From NCBI GenBank assembly GCA_012295275.1, contig CM022676.1, forward strand, positions 4,278,001 through 4,342,000: a stretch of 64,000 nt of DNA, in the 5' to 3' direction. Shown one piece after another: positions 14,735 to 31,339 of this stretch. Under the pieces are notes generated by a model. The model saw only the letters and a program-made list of their open reading frames with translations. It did not search any database and was not told the DNA's origin. The stretch's first letter is position 1; every line of letters starts with the position of its first letter. This stretch comes from Chrysomallon squamiferum. Lineage: Eukaryota > Animalia > Mollusca. Made by a program: the position numbers and the translations under genes.

Positions 14735-16975
14735 ATGAGTTGTAAGTTATTCTGTGTGTTCGTGTTACTGCGATGTGTAATTTACGTACAAGTTATGTAT
14801 TTTATATTGCGTCGAAGTTATGTTTCCTTGAATAATGTTAAAAATATATGCGTAATTGTGTGATTTGCATTTTTGAAACATATCTATATTAAAACACGTG
14901 ACAATAACATAACATAACATAACAACAATATATAATTACAGAGTGTAAAGTAACGTAACGTAATGTAACATAATTATGGAAGAAAGTATAAATAAATAAT
15001 AAATAAATAAATTAATAAAAATAACACAAAAACTTAACAAGAATGTAATTATAAAAAATGAATTTAATTTTATTTGAATATTTTTATTTTTTATTTTAAA
15101 TTTTAGGTCTGCATTACAATTTAACAACATCAGACAGATATGCAATTTGTGGATCACCTTTTACTTTTACCTGCCAGAGAGATTTTCATTTTTTTGTAAT
15201 AAGTTGGTTTGAGAATACCAGAATGTACAAGATGAGTGATCGAGATGGACACGGTCAGTGTCATTTTCACAGTGAACATCCAGAAGAATACACTTTTAAC
15301 TGTTCAAATGGTATTAACACTGTGACAATAAAATCAGTGAAACTCAGTCAACATGGAACAGTGTGGAGATGAGGTGATTTTAAACCAGGCAGCAATGAAA
15401 TAAAACTGGAAGTAAGAGGTAAAATTAACTTATTTATTATTAATATTATTACTGTATATATTATACGTTTAACAAAAGTAATGATATAAAACTGGAAGTG
15501 AGAGGTAAAATTAAGTTTCATTATTATCATCCTACGAAATGTGTACTGTTAATTATGACAAAACAATAAACTAAATAGATCAGCAAACATATTAGCAAAA
15601 TAAATATAAATAAATAAATAAATAACAAAACTAAATAAATAGTACTGACGTTAGTAATAATTATAATATCATCAGCAACAACTGAAACACTGCACTATCA
15701 CCATCACTCCGACGAGAACATCCATAACTAACAATACGAGCAACCCACAATTTCTACTGTCAGAAAGATTAAACAAAACTATGAAGACAGTGATGATGAT
15801 GCTGCCGATAATGATGATCATGTTGATAATGTGCTGTTTTCAGGTTGTCCTGGAACATCACTCAAGCTGAATACTTCATCTGTTGTGACTGCTGTGGAAG
15901 TAAGAAACTAATTAGAGTAAAAATAAAAATGATAAAGTGAACAAATAACTTAGTGTTTATTAGAGGTGTGTGTTAAAATATCAGACAATCAATTATAAAT
16001 GTTTACGTGCGAATATCCAGTCTGTAGAATGGCTTAGATAGACGGACTCCGTCAACGTATTAGATCACGTACAGGATGTACGATACGGGTCACGTACGTA
16101 ACTCATCTTCAGTTTAGCTTCGACGTATACCCCAAGGCTCATTCGCGGTTTTTTTTGTACTTTTTTTTTAATTCATTTTATTTTGAATTTAATTTTGAAT
16201 ACAGATCATAAATAGTTATATAATAACTATTCAGAGAGATTCAGAGAGAGAGAGAGAGAGATATAGATGCATGCATCAGAAATGATAGAGAAATATTAAA
16301 ATCTAAATTATTTTTGGAAGTATCTTTCTTTTATTTTTTTGACAAACATTTTTTGACCCTTAACTTACTTTGAGTAGCATATAATAACGTAATCTCACGT
16401 TTTTATTTTCATTACTTAATTTTCAGGCCCTGTAGAAGATAACGATCAGTTTGGAAAAGGATTTGGCAGCGGTTTTGGGACGTTTTTCGTTGTGTCTGTT
16501 ATCATAGTCATCATCGTCTTCCTCTACTTCCGATATAAAAGAAGTATTTATTGATTTGTTTGTTTATTTATTTGTTTGTTTGTTTCCTTCTTTCCTTCCT
16601 TCTTTCTTTCTTTCTTTCTTTCTTTCTTCTTAATTGATTCTTTTTATTTTACTTTCTAATATAATATACACAGACACATATTAGCACGATTATTGTTTTC
16701 TTCGCAGATCACAATTTTTAAATATAAGAAAACATAATTGAATTCTATGTTTCAGGTAATCAGACTGCAGCAGCAGCAGAACATCAAGATACAGAGAATT
16801 CATATTCTTCTCTAGACGAAAGACGATATGAGTTCATATATGACGTCTTAATACCTGATGGTAAGAGAACTGATATTAATTAACGATAAAGAAGAAAACC
16901 AGTATTGTTTGTTAACCATACGCTTATTCAGACACTTCCACGAAAACAGAAACAAGAGAGATAGATAGATAGATG

Positions 16976-17007
<32 letters not shown>

Positions 17008-17356
17008 CATAGATGGATAGATAGATATTTAGATAGATGATAGATAGATAGATAGATAGATATAGGTATTTGTTATCCGGAAATGTTTGTAATTTTATGA
17101 ATTTATATTTTAATTTGATGAATCAGTTAAAATAGAAACATTCTAAAAATTTCCATTTATTTTCGATATGATGAATTACCTAAATAGTTATTTTATGTTG
17201 AAATTGTGTTTTCCATTCATGTTTTATATACACCTTTAGCACGAAATTGTTTTTTCCACATGTTAAAAAAGTTTTATAGAAAGGAAAATTTCACTGCATG
17301 TTTCAGATAATCAGACTGTGCCAGCGGCTGTACAACAAGATACAGAGATGTTATAA
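14735..17356 (+). pseudogene. Unit B: L-V-(truncated I2)-TM-ITAM exon-terminal exon
   Basis: Leader 14735-14792 (donor GT>TT); V 15107-15418 with the F-strand Cys TGT>TGA at 15370; I2 stub 15844-15899; TM 16427-16543; 105-nt exon 16756-16860 (NSYSSLDERRYEFIYDVLIPD); terminal exon 17307-17356. Confidence 0.85.
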
Positions 17357-18803
17357 AGTTTGAAAATGAACGAAATGTTGTTCATGAATGTTAAAGAAGA
17401 AAACAAGTTCTATTTGTTAATCATGTACTTTTAAAACTGTTTCACAGAAATTAATTTGTTAAAGTCAAATTTTTTTTTTATTAAAATACAAAGACTTCAG
17501 TTTCTACAGTGACACCGCATTTGAACTGTGTAAATAGCTACCTGTGAGAAATGTTATAAATACTTTAATGAGTTGCTAATCGCAAATTTTTAATCATTGT
17601 TTACCATTGTATGAATTGTGACTCTATGTGAAAACTTCGGGAGATTTATGACGTAAAATTAAAATATTTACCCACGTATACATTAATTAAAAGAAACATT
17701 TGATCAATCTCTGTAACACTGGTCTCATTCGATATCTTTCATGTTTTAATGTTTTATATTTCCTCAGAATAATCCTTGATATTTAAAGTCTTTTTTTTAA
17801 TACAGTAACATGAGAAATGAAATTTCTTCCCACGGCTTCGTAAACTTTGTCTGTCAAAGCTGTTCTCTTTTTTGGTGATACCTGTGAGGTTTTCATATTT
17901 TTATTCTCTATTTACATTGAGTGAAACATAATTCTATATGATGATTTTGTAAAAGTTTGACGAGGATTGGGGCGTACGAATCGATTTTTTTTGTGTTTTT
18001 TTTGTTGTTTTTTTATATTGAAATAAAAGGCTTGGATTGGATTAAAAAATTTTCTTTTTTTAAACAATGTTTCTGTGTGTGCATCTTTCCTGTTAAATGT
18101 CCTTCTGTACTGTTAGATTTTATATGGAATTGTTGCTTATGTAACAAAGACAGAAATGATAGAAAATGGGTTAAAGGAACTGTGAGCAAGCATTTAGAAC
18201 GCGAAACAGGACAAGGGACGTAATGAAGGGAACTGATGTAACTACTAAACTAGTGTGTACTATTTCTCTGCACATTACGTCATGTTTCTTCTTCATATAG
18301 CTGGTTTCTTTCTGTGTTCGTGATTACAAAGATTTTGTTCGTTCACATAATGAATACATTTTCCAGTTCCCTGCTATCTTTCATTCTTTCCCTTCGTACA
18401 ATATAAGAAAGTAATGTTTCTCTTTGTCTTTCAAATGTGTTCGTCTGTTTGTGTGTCTTTGTTTATAAAAATCTTTCTCAGTCGATTTTTGTACTTGAAC
18501 AATTCTGATTTTACACATCTCTCTTTTCTTTTCTATTATTCTCTATTTACCTGTTACTCTGTCTGATTGTTCTTTCTTTCTTTACTTCACTGTATGCACA
18601 CATCCATGCATCTGTCTACCCAATCACTGTCTCTGAATATATAATTACGTATATAAGAACGTACGTCTAACGAAATGACAGAACATGTGTTAAACCTATT
18701 GTGGGAAACCATTCAGAACAGGAAAACAGACAAGGGACATAATGAGTGTGTGTGTGTGTGTCTGTGTACATATATAAATAAATAAATAATTAAATATATA
18801 TAT

Positions 18804-18835
<32 letters not shown>

Positions 18836-18874
18836 GTATGCACATACATAGGTATAGTATACGTACTCACAAAC

Positions 18875-18910
<36 letters not shown>

Positions 18911-19288
18911 TCGCACACACACAATAGAAAGGGTATACTACTCAATGACTTGACAGAAAGGGTGTCATGTGCTTTAGGTTATATCGTTAGTTCGTCTGTT
19001 TTCATGCATCACTGGTTTTAAACAGAGTGGTAGGGTCAGAACATACAACAATAACACTGACCACGTGATGTCATGACGTAAGAAACGAAACTTGGCAAAG
19101 ATGTTGCGTAGGTCACGCCACAATTCAAAATGGCCGCCCTTTTTCTATGCAGCAAAGATTTCTGTTGATTAAAAATGCACATGCACACTTATTTACATGC
19201 ACACACACACACACACACACAGAGACACACACACACACATATAAAAGGAAAGTTTGTTATCCGAACATATACCACCTACCTACATGTG

Positions 19289-19319
<31 letters not shown>

Positions 19320-19345
19320 CTTTTCATTATTACATTCACACGTAC

Positions 19346-19392
<47 letters not shown>

Positions 19393-20403
19393 CACAGATA
19401 TATCCACACATATATGCTTAACTACATGTCTATATATATGTGTATGAATGCAAATATGGAAATACATACACCCGTATTGTAAAATATCTTCACACATACT
19501 TATAAACGTACATAAATACATTCGGACATGAATAAAAAGAAAAAAAGAAAGAAAAGTAAATAAAAGAACGTAAGTCTAACGAAATGACAGAACATCGGTT
19601 AACCGAATTTTGGGTAAGGAGTTAGAACAGGAAAACAGTCAAGGCAGATAATTATATATAGGTAGATAGATACGTATACACATACATAGGTATATTATAC
19701 ATATACACAGATATATGTACAAACTCACACACACACATACATTCATACGTACATAATATATAATAATATGACAGAACACTACACAACGTAACGTAACGAT
19801 GTGTAACATAATGTAATACAGTATACAAATATGTAACAAAGCAAGCATAATAATAATAACAAAGCCACAACAATAATAACACACACACAGCTACACACAC
19901 ACCTACACACATACACACACACACCTACACACACCTACACATATACACAAACACACACATATTTTAGTATAAACCGAACACAGTAGAAAGAGTATGCTAC
20001 TCAATGACTTGACAGAAAAAGTATCATGTGTTTTGCGTTAAATCTTTTGTTCGACTTTTTTCATCCATGGCTGGTTTTGAACAAAGTGGTAGAGTTACAA
20101 CATACCAGAATAAAACTGACCAAGTCTTGTCATAAAGTAAGAAACAAACCTTGGCAAACATCCATGTTGCCTAGGTTACGCCGCAATTCAAAATGGCCGC
20201 TCTTTATCTATGCAGCAAAGATTTCTATTTACTAAAAATGCACACGCACACTTATTTACACACACACACACATACACACACACACATATATATAGGTATG
20301 TATGTATACACATATACAAGCATACACTGATACCCGAACATGCACATATACCACCTACCTGCCTACGCTCATAAATATTATATACATACAACATATGTAC
20401 ATG

Positions 20404-20438
<35 letters not shown>

Positions 20439-21087
20439 AACATTAAATATATGTGTGTGTGCAAGTGTATTTGTGTATATATGTATATATATGTAAACAC
20501 AGACATGCACACACACATATATATATATATATGTAAACACACACATATACACACATTCATACATATATACATATAGAGATATATACATACATATATACGT
20601 ACTTAACTACATGTATATTTACATATATGTATAAATGCAAATACCTAAATACATACACCTGTAAGGTAAAATACCTTCACACATACTTATAAATGTACAT
20701 AAATACAAAACAAATTAAAATAAACTAAAACAAAACTATAAATAAATGCAAACAAATAAAAGAAAATAAAAGAAAAAGAAAACGAAGAAGAAGAAATAAC
20801 CTACTAAGAAGAATTAACTATTCAAAATACAACTCTGTATGTTATATCTCAGGCTGCATTAGGTATTTTTTTTGTTTCAATCGAGTGGATTTAGTTTATT
20901 AATAAATGAGACTTTTGGTCACGTTTTGTTTCACACAGGAAGTAAACGTCATAAGTTACCATAATAAAGTACAAGAAGAAGGCGTCGAAGACTGCATTTA
21001 TATTAAGAGCAGTAAAATCGAGAAAGCAGTGAAGAAAAGAAAGTAACTATATTTTTATTAACGGCAGTTAAAACTAAAACACTGGAA

Positions 21088-21145
21088 ATGAGTTGTAAGT
21101 TATTCTGTGTGTTCGTGTTGCTGGGATGTGTAATTTACGTACAAG
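21088..21145 (+). CDS. Unit C leader exon MSCKLFCVFVLLGCVIYVQG
   Basis: Intact ATG, hydrophobic core, caag|gtatgt phase-1 donor. Confidence 0.8.
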
Positions 21146-21768
21146 GTATGTATTTTATATTCGTCCCAAATGACAGGCTTCTCATATAGAATAGTCTAGC
21201 ATATACAACAGAAGACACGGTTGAGCTCATTTACTTATCACCACCCGTTTATCTTCTATAATACATGTAATAAATTGTGGAATAGTCTGATACAACTAAA
21301 TACAGAAAATAGAACAAACTTATATAAAATTAGATTTATTCACAGATTTATTAATTACATTTACCAGATTATAATTAGGCTCTCCCTTTTGCTTGTATGA
21401 ACAGACTGGAGCATACCATTAAATCAGTTAGGGGTGTACAGGATACAAGACTGAATAAATAGTTTTGTCTATCAAGTGGCGTTTCTGCATTATAGGCTGT
21501 CAGTCTGTCTTTTGAGACGCAACCATTTTATCTGTACCTGAGTTCAATTAATTTACAAACTGTGAAAACTTGACTGAGTCGAAGTTATGTTTCGTTGACT
21601 AATGTAGAAAAATATATATGCGTAATTGTGCGATTTGAATTTTTGAAATATATCTGTATTAAAACATGAGACAATAACAAACCATAACATAACATAACAT
21701 AACAACATGGCGGTCCATAACAGAGAGCAACGTAACGTAACGTAATGTAACATAATTATGGAATAAAG

Positions 21769-21809
<41 letters not shown>

Positions 21810-21908
21810 AAAATAACAGAAAAAAGAAAATAACACAAAAAAGAATGCAATTATAAAAAAATGTATTTAATTTTATTTGAATTGTTCTTTTATTATTTTA
21901 AAATTTAG

Positions 21909-22214
21909 GTCTGCATTACAGTTTAACAACATCAGAGAAATATGCAATTGTTGGATCACGTTTTACTATTACCTGTCGAGGACATGCTACTCTAATTAAC
22001 TGGTTTGAGAATAACACAAGATACAGGATGCGTGCACTAGATGAACACGGTCACTGTTATTTTCTTAATGAACATCCAAAAGAATACACTTTTAACTGTT
22101 CAGATGATATAAACACTCTGACAATAAAATCAGTGAAACTCAGTCAACATGGAACAGTGTGGAGATGTGGTTTTATGTCTGACCGCAGCAATGAAGTAAA
22201 ACTGGAAGTGAGAG
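21909..22214 (+). CDS. Unit C V-like Ig exon (open, 306 nt)
   Basis: tttag acceptor and gag|gtaaaa donor; LHYSLTTSEKYAIVGSRFTITCRGHATLINWFEN...NTLTIKSVKLSQHGTVWRCGFMSDRSNEVKLEVR has the Ig C-W-C pattern plus an extra Cys pair. Confidence 0.85.
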
Positions 22215-22564
22215 GTAAAATTCAGTTTCAGTATGATCATCCTACGAAATATATACTTTTAATGATGATAAAACAATAAACTAAATAAATCAGCAAAAAT
22301 ATTAGCAAAATAAATACAAATAAATAAATAAATAGGAAAATAAATAAATAGTAGTGACATTAGTTATAATTATAATATAATCAGCAACAACTGAAACACT
22401 ACGGTATCACCATCACTTCGATGACAACATCCATAACTAACAATACGAGAAACCCACCATTTCTACTGTCAGAAAGATTAAACAAAAATATGCAGACAAT
22501 GATGATGAAGCTGCCGATTATGATGATGATGTTAATAACGTTTTATTTATTTTATTTTTTTCAG

Positions 22565-22631
<67 letters not shown>

Positions 22632-23103
22632 GAACAAAAACAACAATAACAACAGTATCAGCAGGTAGAACAATAATAATGATGATGAAGATGACAATGA
22701 TGTTGATGATTATTATAATCATGAGGATGATGTTGATAGTAATAGAAACAAACAAATATCATTGATGTATTTATTTATTTATTTCTTCTTCTTCTTCGTC
22801 TTCTTATTATTATTATTATTATTTTTTTTTTTTTTTTTTTTTACAGACGGACCCGGCAGCTCAAATGTCTTTACAGATGGGAACTGAGGAATCAGATTGT
22901 CAGTAACAACGGACTACTGGCACTGACTAATATCACGAGAGATCAATCTGGCATCTACACATGCATTGCTTCTAATCCGGATACGAACCAAAGATCGTAT
23001 ACTAGAATTATTATTAAGTGTAAGTTTTAATTAATTTTTATTTTTATTTTAATTTTGAATACAGATCATAAAATAGCTATATAAAAACTATTCAGAGAGA
23101 TTC

Positions 23104-23312
<209 letters not shown>

Positions 23313-23404
23313 TATATGATAAAATGCAATGATTTTAAACCAGAACTGAGAGGCAGACAATGATGATGAAGCTGCCGATTATGATGATGATGTTAATAAC
23401 GTTT

Positions 23405-23506
23405 TCAAGTCGTTTTTACCTTCGTCAAGGAATGATATTTGTTGATGTTAACGTTGTTCATCATCAACCAGTTGGAGGAGAAAGTGGAATGGTGTGAGTA
23501 GGCGCA
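23405..23506 (+). mobile_element. Remnant of the Tc1-like element upstream of the TM exon
   Basis: Matches the reverse complement of 33845-33935 (gttggaggagaaagtggaatggtgtgagtaggcg). Confidence 0.6.
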
Positions 23507-25960
23507 CCCACGAATCACAAAACCCAAATAAATAATTTGTTATTAGTCAGGCCCTGTAGAAGACAGCAGTCAGTTTGGAAAAGAATTTGGCAGCGGTTTT
23601 GGAACTTTGTTTTTTGTGTCTGTTATCATTGTCATTGTCGTTGTTCTCCATGTCCGAAACAATTGAAGTATTTCTTTATTTGTTTGTTTGTTTGATTCAT
23701 TCTTTCTTTCTCTATTTCTTTTTATTTTGTTTTCTATTCTTTATTTATTTATTCATTCATTCAATTGATAGTTCGTTCATTTATTCATACCTTCATACTA
23801 GTGTATGTTTGTTCTTTGTATGTTTATTTATTTTATTATGTATTTTAATTACACTTACGCATGGATAAAAGGGGAGATAAATCAAGACTACTTTACACAA
23901 CTACATTACACAGAGTAATCAAACCTGTTTTCTTGACTACCTGTCTAGTTCAGCCACCTGATAAATACTAATTCCATTTATGTTTCATATACACCTTAAC
24001 TAAATAGTTATTTTATGTTAAAATTGTGTTTGTGTGTTTATATATGTCTACATACACACACGTCAGCACGATTATTGTTTTCTCCACACCTCACAAGTTT
24101 TATAGAAACGAAAATTTCGTTGTATGTTTCAGATAATCAGACTGCGCCAGCGGCTGTACAACAACATACAGAGATGTGATAAAGTTTGAAAATACATGAA
24201 ACTGTTGTTCGTGAATAACAAAGAAGAAAACAAGTTTTATTTGTTAATCATGTACTTCTTAAAACTGTTTTATGAATACTAACAAGATATTAATTTGTTA
24301 AAAGTTTTTTTTACTAATATACAAGGCCTTCAGTTTCCACAATGACACAAAATTTGAATACTGTAAATAGCTACCTGTTATAAATATTTTAATCAGTTGC
24401 TAATCCCGAATTTTTAATCATTAATTACCATTGTCTGAGATGTGGCTCTAACTATGTGAAAACTTCGGGAGATTTCTGATTTAAAATTAAACTATTTACC
24501 CACGTATACCTTAATTAAAGGAAACATTTGATCTCAGTAACGCTGGTCTCATTCGCACATGTTTCATCTTTTAATGTTTTATATTTGCTCAGATGTAAGA
24601 TCCTTCACGTCATGAAAGTCTCTATTTTCTTGTATCACAGTAGCATGAGAAATGAAATTCCTGGCTGAAAATGTCAGATTTTTTTTATACTAACAAGAGT
24701 TTTCTTTCCACGAGTTCGTAAACTTTATCTGTCAAAGCTGTTCTCTTTTTTGGTGATACCTGTGAGTTTTTCATATTTTTATTCTCTATTTACATTGAGT
24801 AAAGCATAATTCTATGTGATGATATTGTAAAAGTTAGACGAGGGTTCGGGCGTACGAATCGATTTTGTTTGGTTTTGTTTGGTTTTTTATGTTGAAATAA
24901 ACGACTTGGATTGGATTTAAAATGCTTTTGTTTTTTTAAACAATGTTTCTGTATGTGCATGTTTCCTGTTATATGTCTTTCTCTGTAGTGTTATATTTTA
25001 TTGGGAATTGTTGCTTATGTAAAAAAAGACGGAAATGATAGAAAATGGGTTGAACGAACTATGGGCAAGCTGTTAGAGCCGGAAAAAGGACAAGGGACAT
25101 AATGAAGGGAACTGCTGTAAGTACTAAACTATATCTAACCAAGCTATTCACTTTTTTGGTGATACTTGTGAGTTTTTCATATTTTTATTCTCTATTTACA
25201 TTGAGTGAAGCATAATTCTATATGAGGATTTTGTAAAAGTTTGACGAGGGTTCGAGCGTACCAATCGATTTTGTTTGATTTTTGTTGTTTGTTTTGTTTT
25301 TTATATTGAAATAAATGCATTGGATTGGATTTAAAAAGCTTTTGTTTTTTCAAACAATGTTTCTGTGTGCGCATATTTCCTTTTAAAGAGGTCAAGGGAC
25401 GTAATGAAGGGAACTGATGTAACTACTAAACTAGTGTGTACTATTTTTCTGCTCATTATGTTATTTTCTTTATCATATTACCAGATTTGTTTATGTGTTC
25501 GCGATAACAAAGATTTTTCGTTGACGTAATAAATACATTTTCCAGTTCTCTGCTGTATTTTATTCTTTCCCTTCGTGCACAATAAGTAAACTAATGTTTT
25601 TCTTTGTCTTTCAAACGTGTTCGTCTGTTTGTGTGACTATGTTTATAACAAGCTTTCTCCATCGATTTTTGAAATTCAGCCGTTTTGATTTTACACACCT
25701 CCCTTTTCTTTTCTGTTATTCTCTATTTATCTGTTACTCTGTCTGATTACTCTTTCTTTCTTTACTTCACTGTATCCACACATCCATCCATCTGTCTACC
25801 CAATCACTGTCTCTGAATATATAATTACATATGAAAGAATGTATGTCTAACGAAACGACACAACATGGGTTAAACGTATTGTGGGGAAGCAGTTACAAGA
25901 GGAAAACAGACAAGGGACATAATGAAGGGAAGTTATGTAACTACCAGACGTATGTGTGTT

Positions 25961-25998
<38 letters not shown>

Positions 25999-26043
25999 TA
26001 CAAACATACGTATACACAAACATAGGTATAGTATACATACACA

Positions 26044-27968
<1,925 letters not shown>

Positions 27969-28608
27969 GTATTTCTTTATTTGTTTGTTTATTTACTGAT
28001 TTATTTATTTATTTTTGTTGGGTTTGTTTGTTTCTTATTTATTTATTTATTTCTTTGATTGTTTGCTAGTTTCTTGCTTTCTTTTTTACTTCTTTGTTTA
28101 CTTATTTGTATATTTCTTTTTATTTTACTTTGTATTATTTATTTATTCATTCATTTATCCATTTGTTTGTTGCTTCGTTTATTCATTCATTTATTTATTC
28201 ATTCATTCATGCTGTTACTTGTTTATTGTTTCTATCTTTATTTGTTTCTTTGTCCGTTTGTTTATTTTGTTATACATTTTATTTAGTTTTACCTATAAGT
28301 ATAAGGGAGATAAATCTAGTCTAATGTAGCCAATTACCCTGAACAGAGTAACGAAACCTGTGTTCGCGACTAACTGGGCATTTCAGATACCTGATAAAGA
28401 AAAATGATTTGTAAGCAGAACAAGGTTTAATCATGGATTTATTTCAGACAGACAAAATAGTAAAAATATTTCACGATCGGTACTATACCCAGTAATGAGG
28501 TCTGCAATTACGTAGCATGATTTGAAGAGAAGGGTATACTGAATACATAATAATAGCTAGTACTAGTATCACTGCCACCAGTATCAACACCACCACAACT
28601 ATTAGTAT

Positions 28609-28668
<60 letters not shown>

Positions 28669-29180
28669 AACTATGTTTATAACGGTGATTATTATTATTA
28701 TTTTAATTATTATTATTATTTTACTATTATTAATGCTATTCTTCTTCTTCTCATTATTATTATCATTGTTGTCATTATGAAACATGTACGAAAGAGACCA
28801 GTGTTGGTGAGATTGATCAAATGTTTCTTTTAATTAATGTAAACGTGTGTAATATATTTAAATTTTTAGTCAGAAATCTCCCGAAGTTTTCACATAGTTA
28901 GAGTCAAATCCCAGACAATGGTAATGAATGATTAAAAATTCGCGATTAGCAACTCATTAAAATATTTAAAACATTTCTCACAAGTAGCTATTTACACAGT
29001 TCAAATCTGGTGTCACTGTAGAAACTGAAGTCTTTGTAACTTAAAAAAAAAAAAACTTTAAACAAATTAATATTCTGTAGGTTTTCATCAAACAGTTTTA
29101 AGAAGTGTATGATTAACAAATAGAACTTGTTTTCTTCTTTATCATTCACGAACAACAGTTTCATTTAGTTCCAAACTTTA

Positions 29181-29227
29181 TCACATCTCTGTATGTTGTT
29201 GTACAGTCGCTGGCACAGTCTGATTAT
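29181..29227 (-). CDS. Unit E terminal exon DNQTVPATVQQHTEM* (tyrosine core deleted)
   Basis: catgtttcag acceptor; homologous to 17307, 24133 and 62462. Confidence 0.6.
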
Positions 29228-29700
29228 CTGAAACATGCAATGAAATTTTCGTTTCTATAAAACTTGTGAGGTGTGGAGAAAACAATAATCGTGCTAACGT
29301 GTGTGTATGTAGATATAGATATAAACACATTAACACTATTTTAACATAAAATAACTATTTAGTTAAGGTGCATATGAAACATAAATGGAATTACTATTTA
29401 GAATGTTTCTATTTTATTCTCATCAAATCCAAAATCGAAAAATTCGAAAATTTCGAAACATTTCGGATAAGGGTTTGTCAAGTTATATATATATATATAC
29501 GATTTATAACCGGAAAAGAAACAGCTATATCTATCTATCTATCTCTCTATCTATATATGTATGACAAATTCCCATTCTTTGTACATCATAACAGTAAGAA
29601 AACCTTGGTGGTTTCTTTTGTGAAAGTGTCTGAATAAGTGTATGATTAACAAACAATACTTATTTTGTTCTTTCTCATTTATTAATATCAGTTCACTTAC

Positions 29701-29805
29701 CATCGGGTATTAAGACGTCATATGTGAACTCCTATCCTCTTTCTTCTAGAGAATAATATGAATTCCATGATTCTTGAAGTTCTGCTGCTGCTGCAACCTG
29801 ATTAT
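29701..29805 (-). CDS. Unit E ITAM-like exon 4 (in-frame stop after the first YxxL)
   Basis: 105 nt, phase 1-1; DNQVAAAAELQESWNSYYSLEERG* with TAT>TAG at 29732-29734. Confidence 0.7.
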
Positions 29806-29904
29806 CTGAAACATGGAATTAAATTATGTTTCGTTTTATTTAAAAATTTTAAAGTGCGGAGAAAACAATAATCGTGCTAACGTGTGTGTGTGTGTGTGTG
29901 TGTG

Positions 29905-29940
<36 letters not shown>

Positions 29941-30649
29941 CATACACACATACATATATCCAAACACATAGGTACATACATACAGATATAGATACATAAA
30001 TATACATCGATGTACGACTGTGGATGTGACTGTTTATATTATATTTTACAGCTATTTCAAAATCATTTACAAAGTGTCTCTCTTCGAAATCTGAAATCAA
30101 GTTGACATTCCATACACAGAGACTTCGAGACAAACACGTTTATAAATCCACTTAAAACTATTTCGAACATATTTAGAATCTATTCTTTCTCAAAATCTGT
30201 AAAACATCTAATACTTCGGAAAAAAACACACGAAGTAAACATACATTCTTTCCAATATATATATATATATATTTCCGTACCTTCTAGTGAATTAATTCAC
30301 TAACACAAGTTTTTACACCTATATTAATCAGATTAAAATATCGTTGTTTATCTGTAAGCTATGTATATCTGTTTATGTAAATCTGTAATGTACGTATGTC
30401 TGTGTGTAACTATGTACGTATTAATTAATATATAATTGTAAGGATGGGTCATTTGTCATTTAAAACAATTTTAACGTAAAATAACTATCTACTTAAGCTG
30501 TATATGAAATATAAATGTAATTCGTATTTAGAATGTTTCTATTTTAAGGCTATCTCAACAAATCGAAAATCCAAAAATTCAGAAAATTCAGAAACCCTTC
30601 GGATAAGGAATTGTCACCGGAAAAGAAATACCCATATCTATCTATTTAT

Positions 30650-30724
<75 letters not shown>

Positions 30725-30816
30725 GTTTCTTGTTAGTGAAAGCATCTGAATAAACATATGATTAACAATGAATACTCGTTTTCTTCTTTATCATTTATTA
30801 ATATCAGTTCACTTAC

Positions 30817-30921
30817 CTTCAGGTATTAACACGTCATATGCAAACTCATATCCTCTTTCCTCTAGAGAAGAATATGGATTCTCTGAATCTTGAAGTTCTG
30901 TTGCTGGTGTAGTCTGATTAT
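30817..30921 (-). CDS. Unit E ITAM-like exon 3
   Basis: 105 nt, ttcag acceptor and g|gtaagt donor; DNQTTPATELQDSENPYSSLEERGYEFAYDVLIPE. Confidence 0.8.
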
Positions 30922-31267
30922 CTGAAACATGGAATTAAATTATGTTTTGTTTTATTTAAACATTGTAATGTATATATACACACACAAACACGTAGATACA
31001 GACAGAGATACACACATATACATCGATGTAAGAGTCTGCCCGTGGCTGTGTATATTATATTTTCCAGCTATTTCAAAATCATTTACAAAGTATCCCTCTT
31101 AAAAATCTAGAATAATTTTAGCATTTCATACAAAGACACTTCTAGAGAAAGATATTTCTAAATCTATATAAAACTATGTCGAACATCTTTGGAATCTATT
31201 TTTTCTCAAAATCTGTAAAACATCTAATATTTCGGAACAACAAAAGGAAAATAATATACATTCTTTG

Positions 31268-31339
<72 letters not shown>

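Noticed and set aside
15318-15324. CACTGTG heptamer suggesting RAG-type recombination signals
   Set aside because: It lies inside V coding sequence. I saw no nonamer at 12/23 spacing and no separate J-like segments, and V exons end in normal donors.
15370-15372. TGA at a conserved Cys read as selenocysteine
   Set aside because: The same unit has a broken leader donor and deleted exons; simple nonsense mutation is more likely.
20026-20235. Recurrent spacer ORF ([23 protein letters not shown]..., also 48236, 51458, 54680, 56127)
   Set aside because: Starts and ends vary, other copies are disrupted, and there are no consistent splice sites; recurrence reflects DNA duplication.
23575-23868. Hydrophobic ORF MEKNLAAVLEL...
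   Set aside because: Wrong frame of the TM exon running into T-rich intron.
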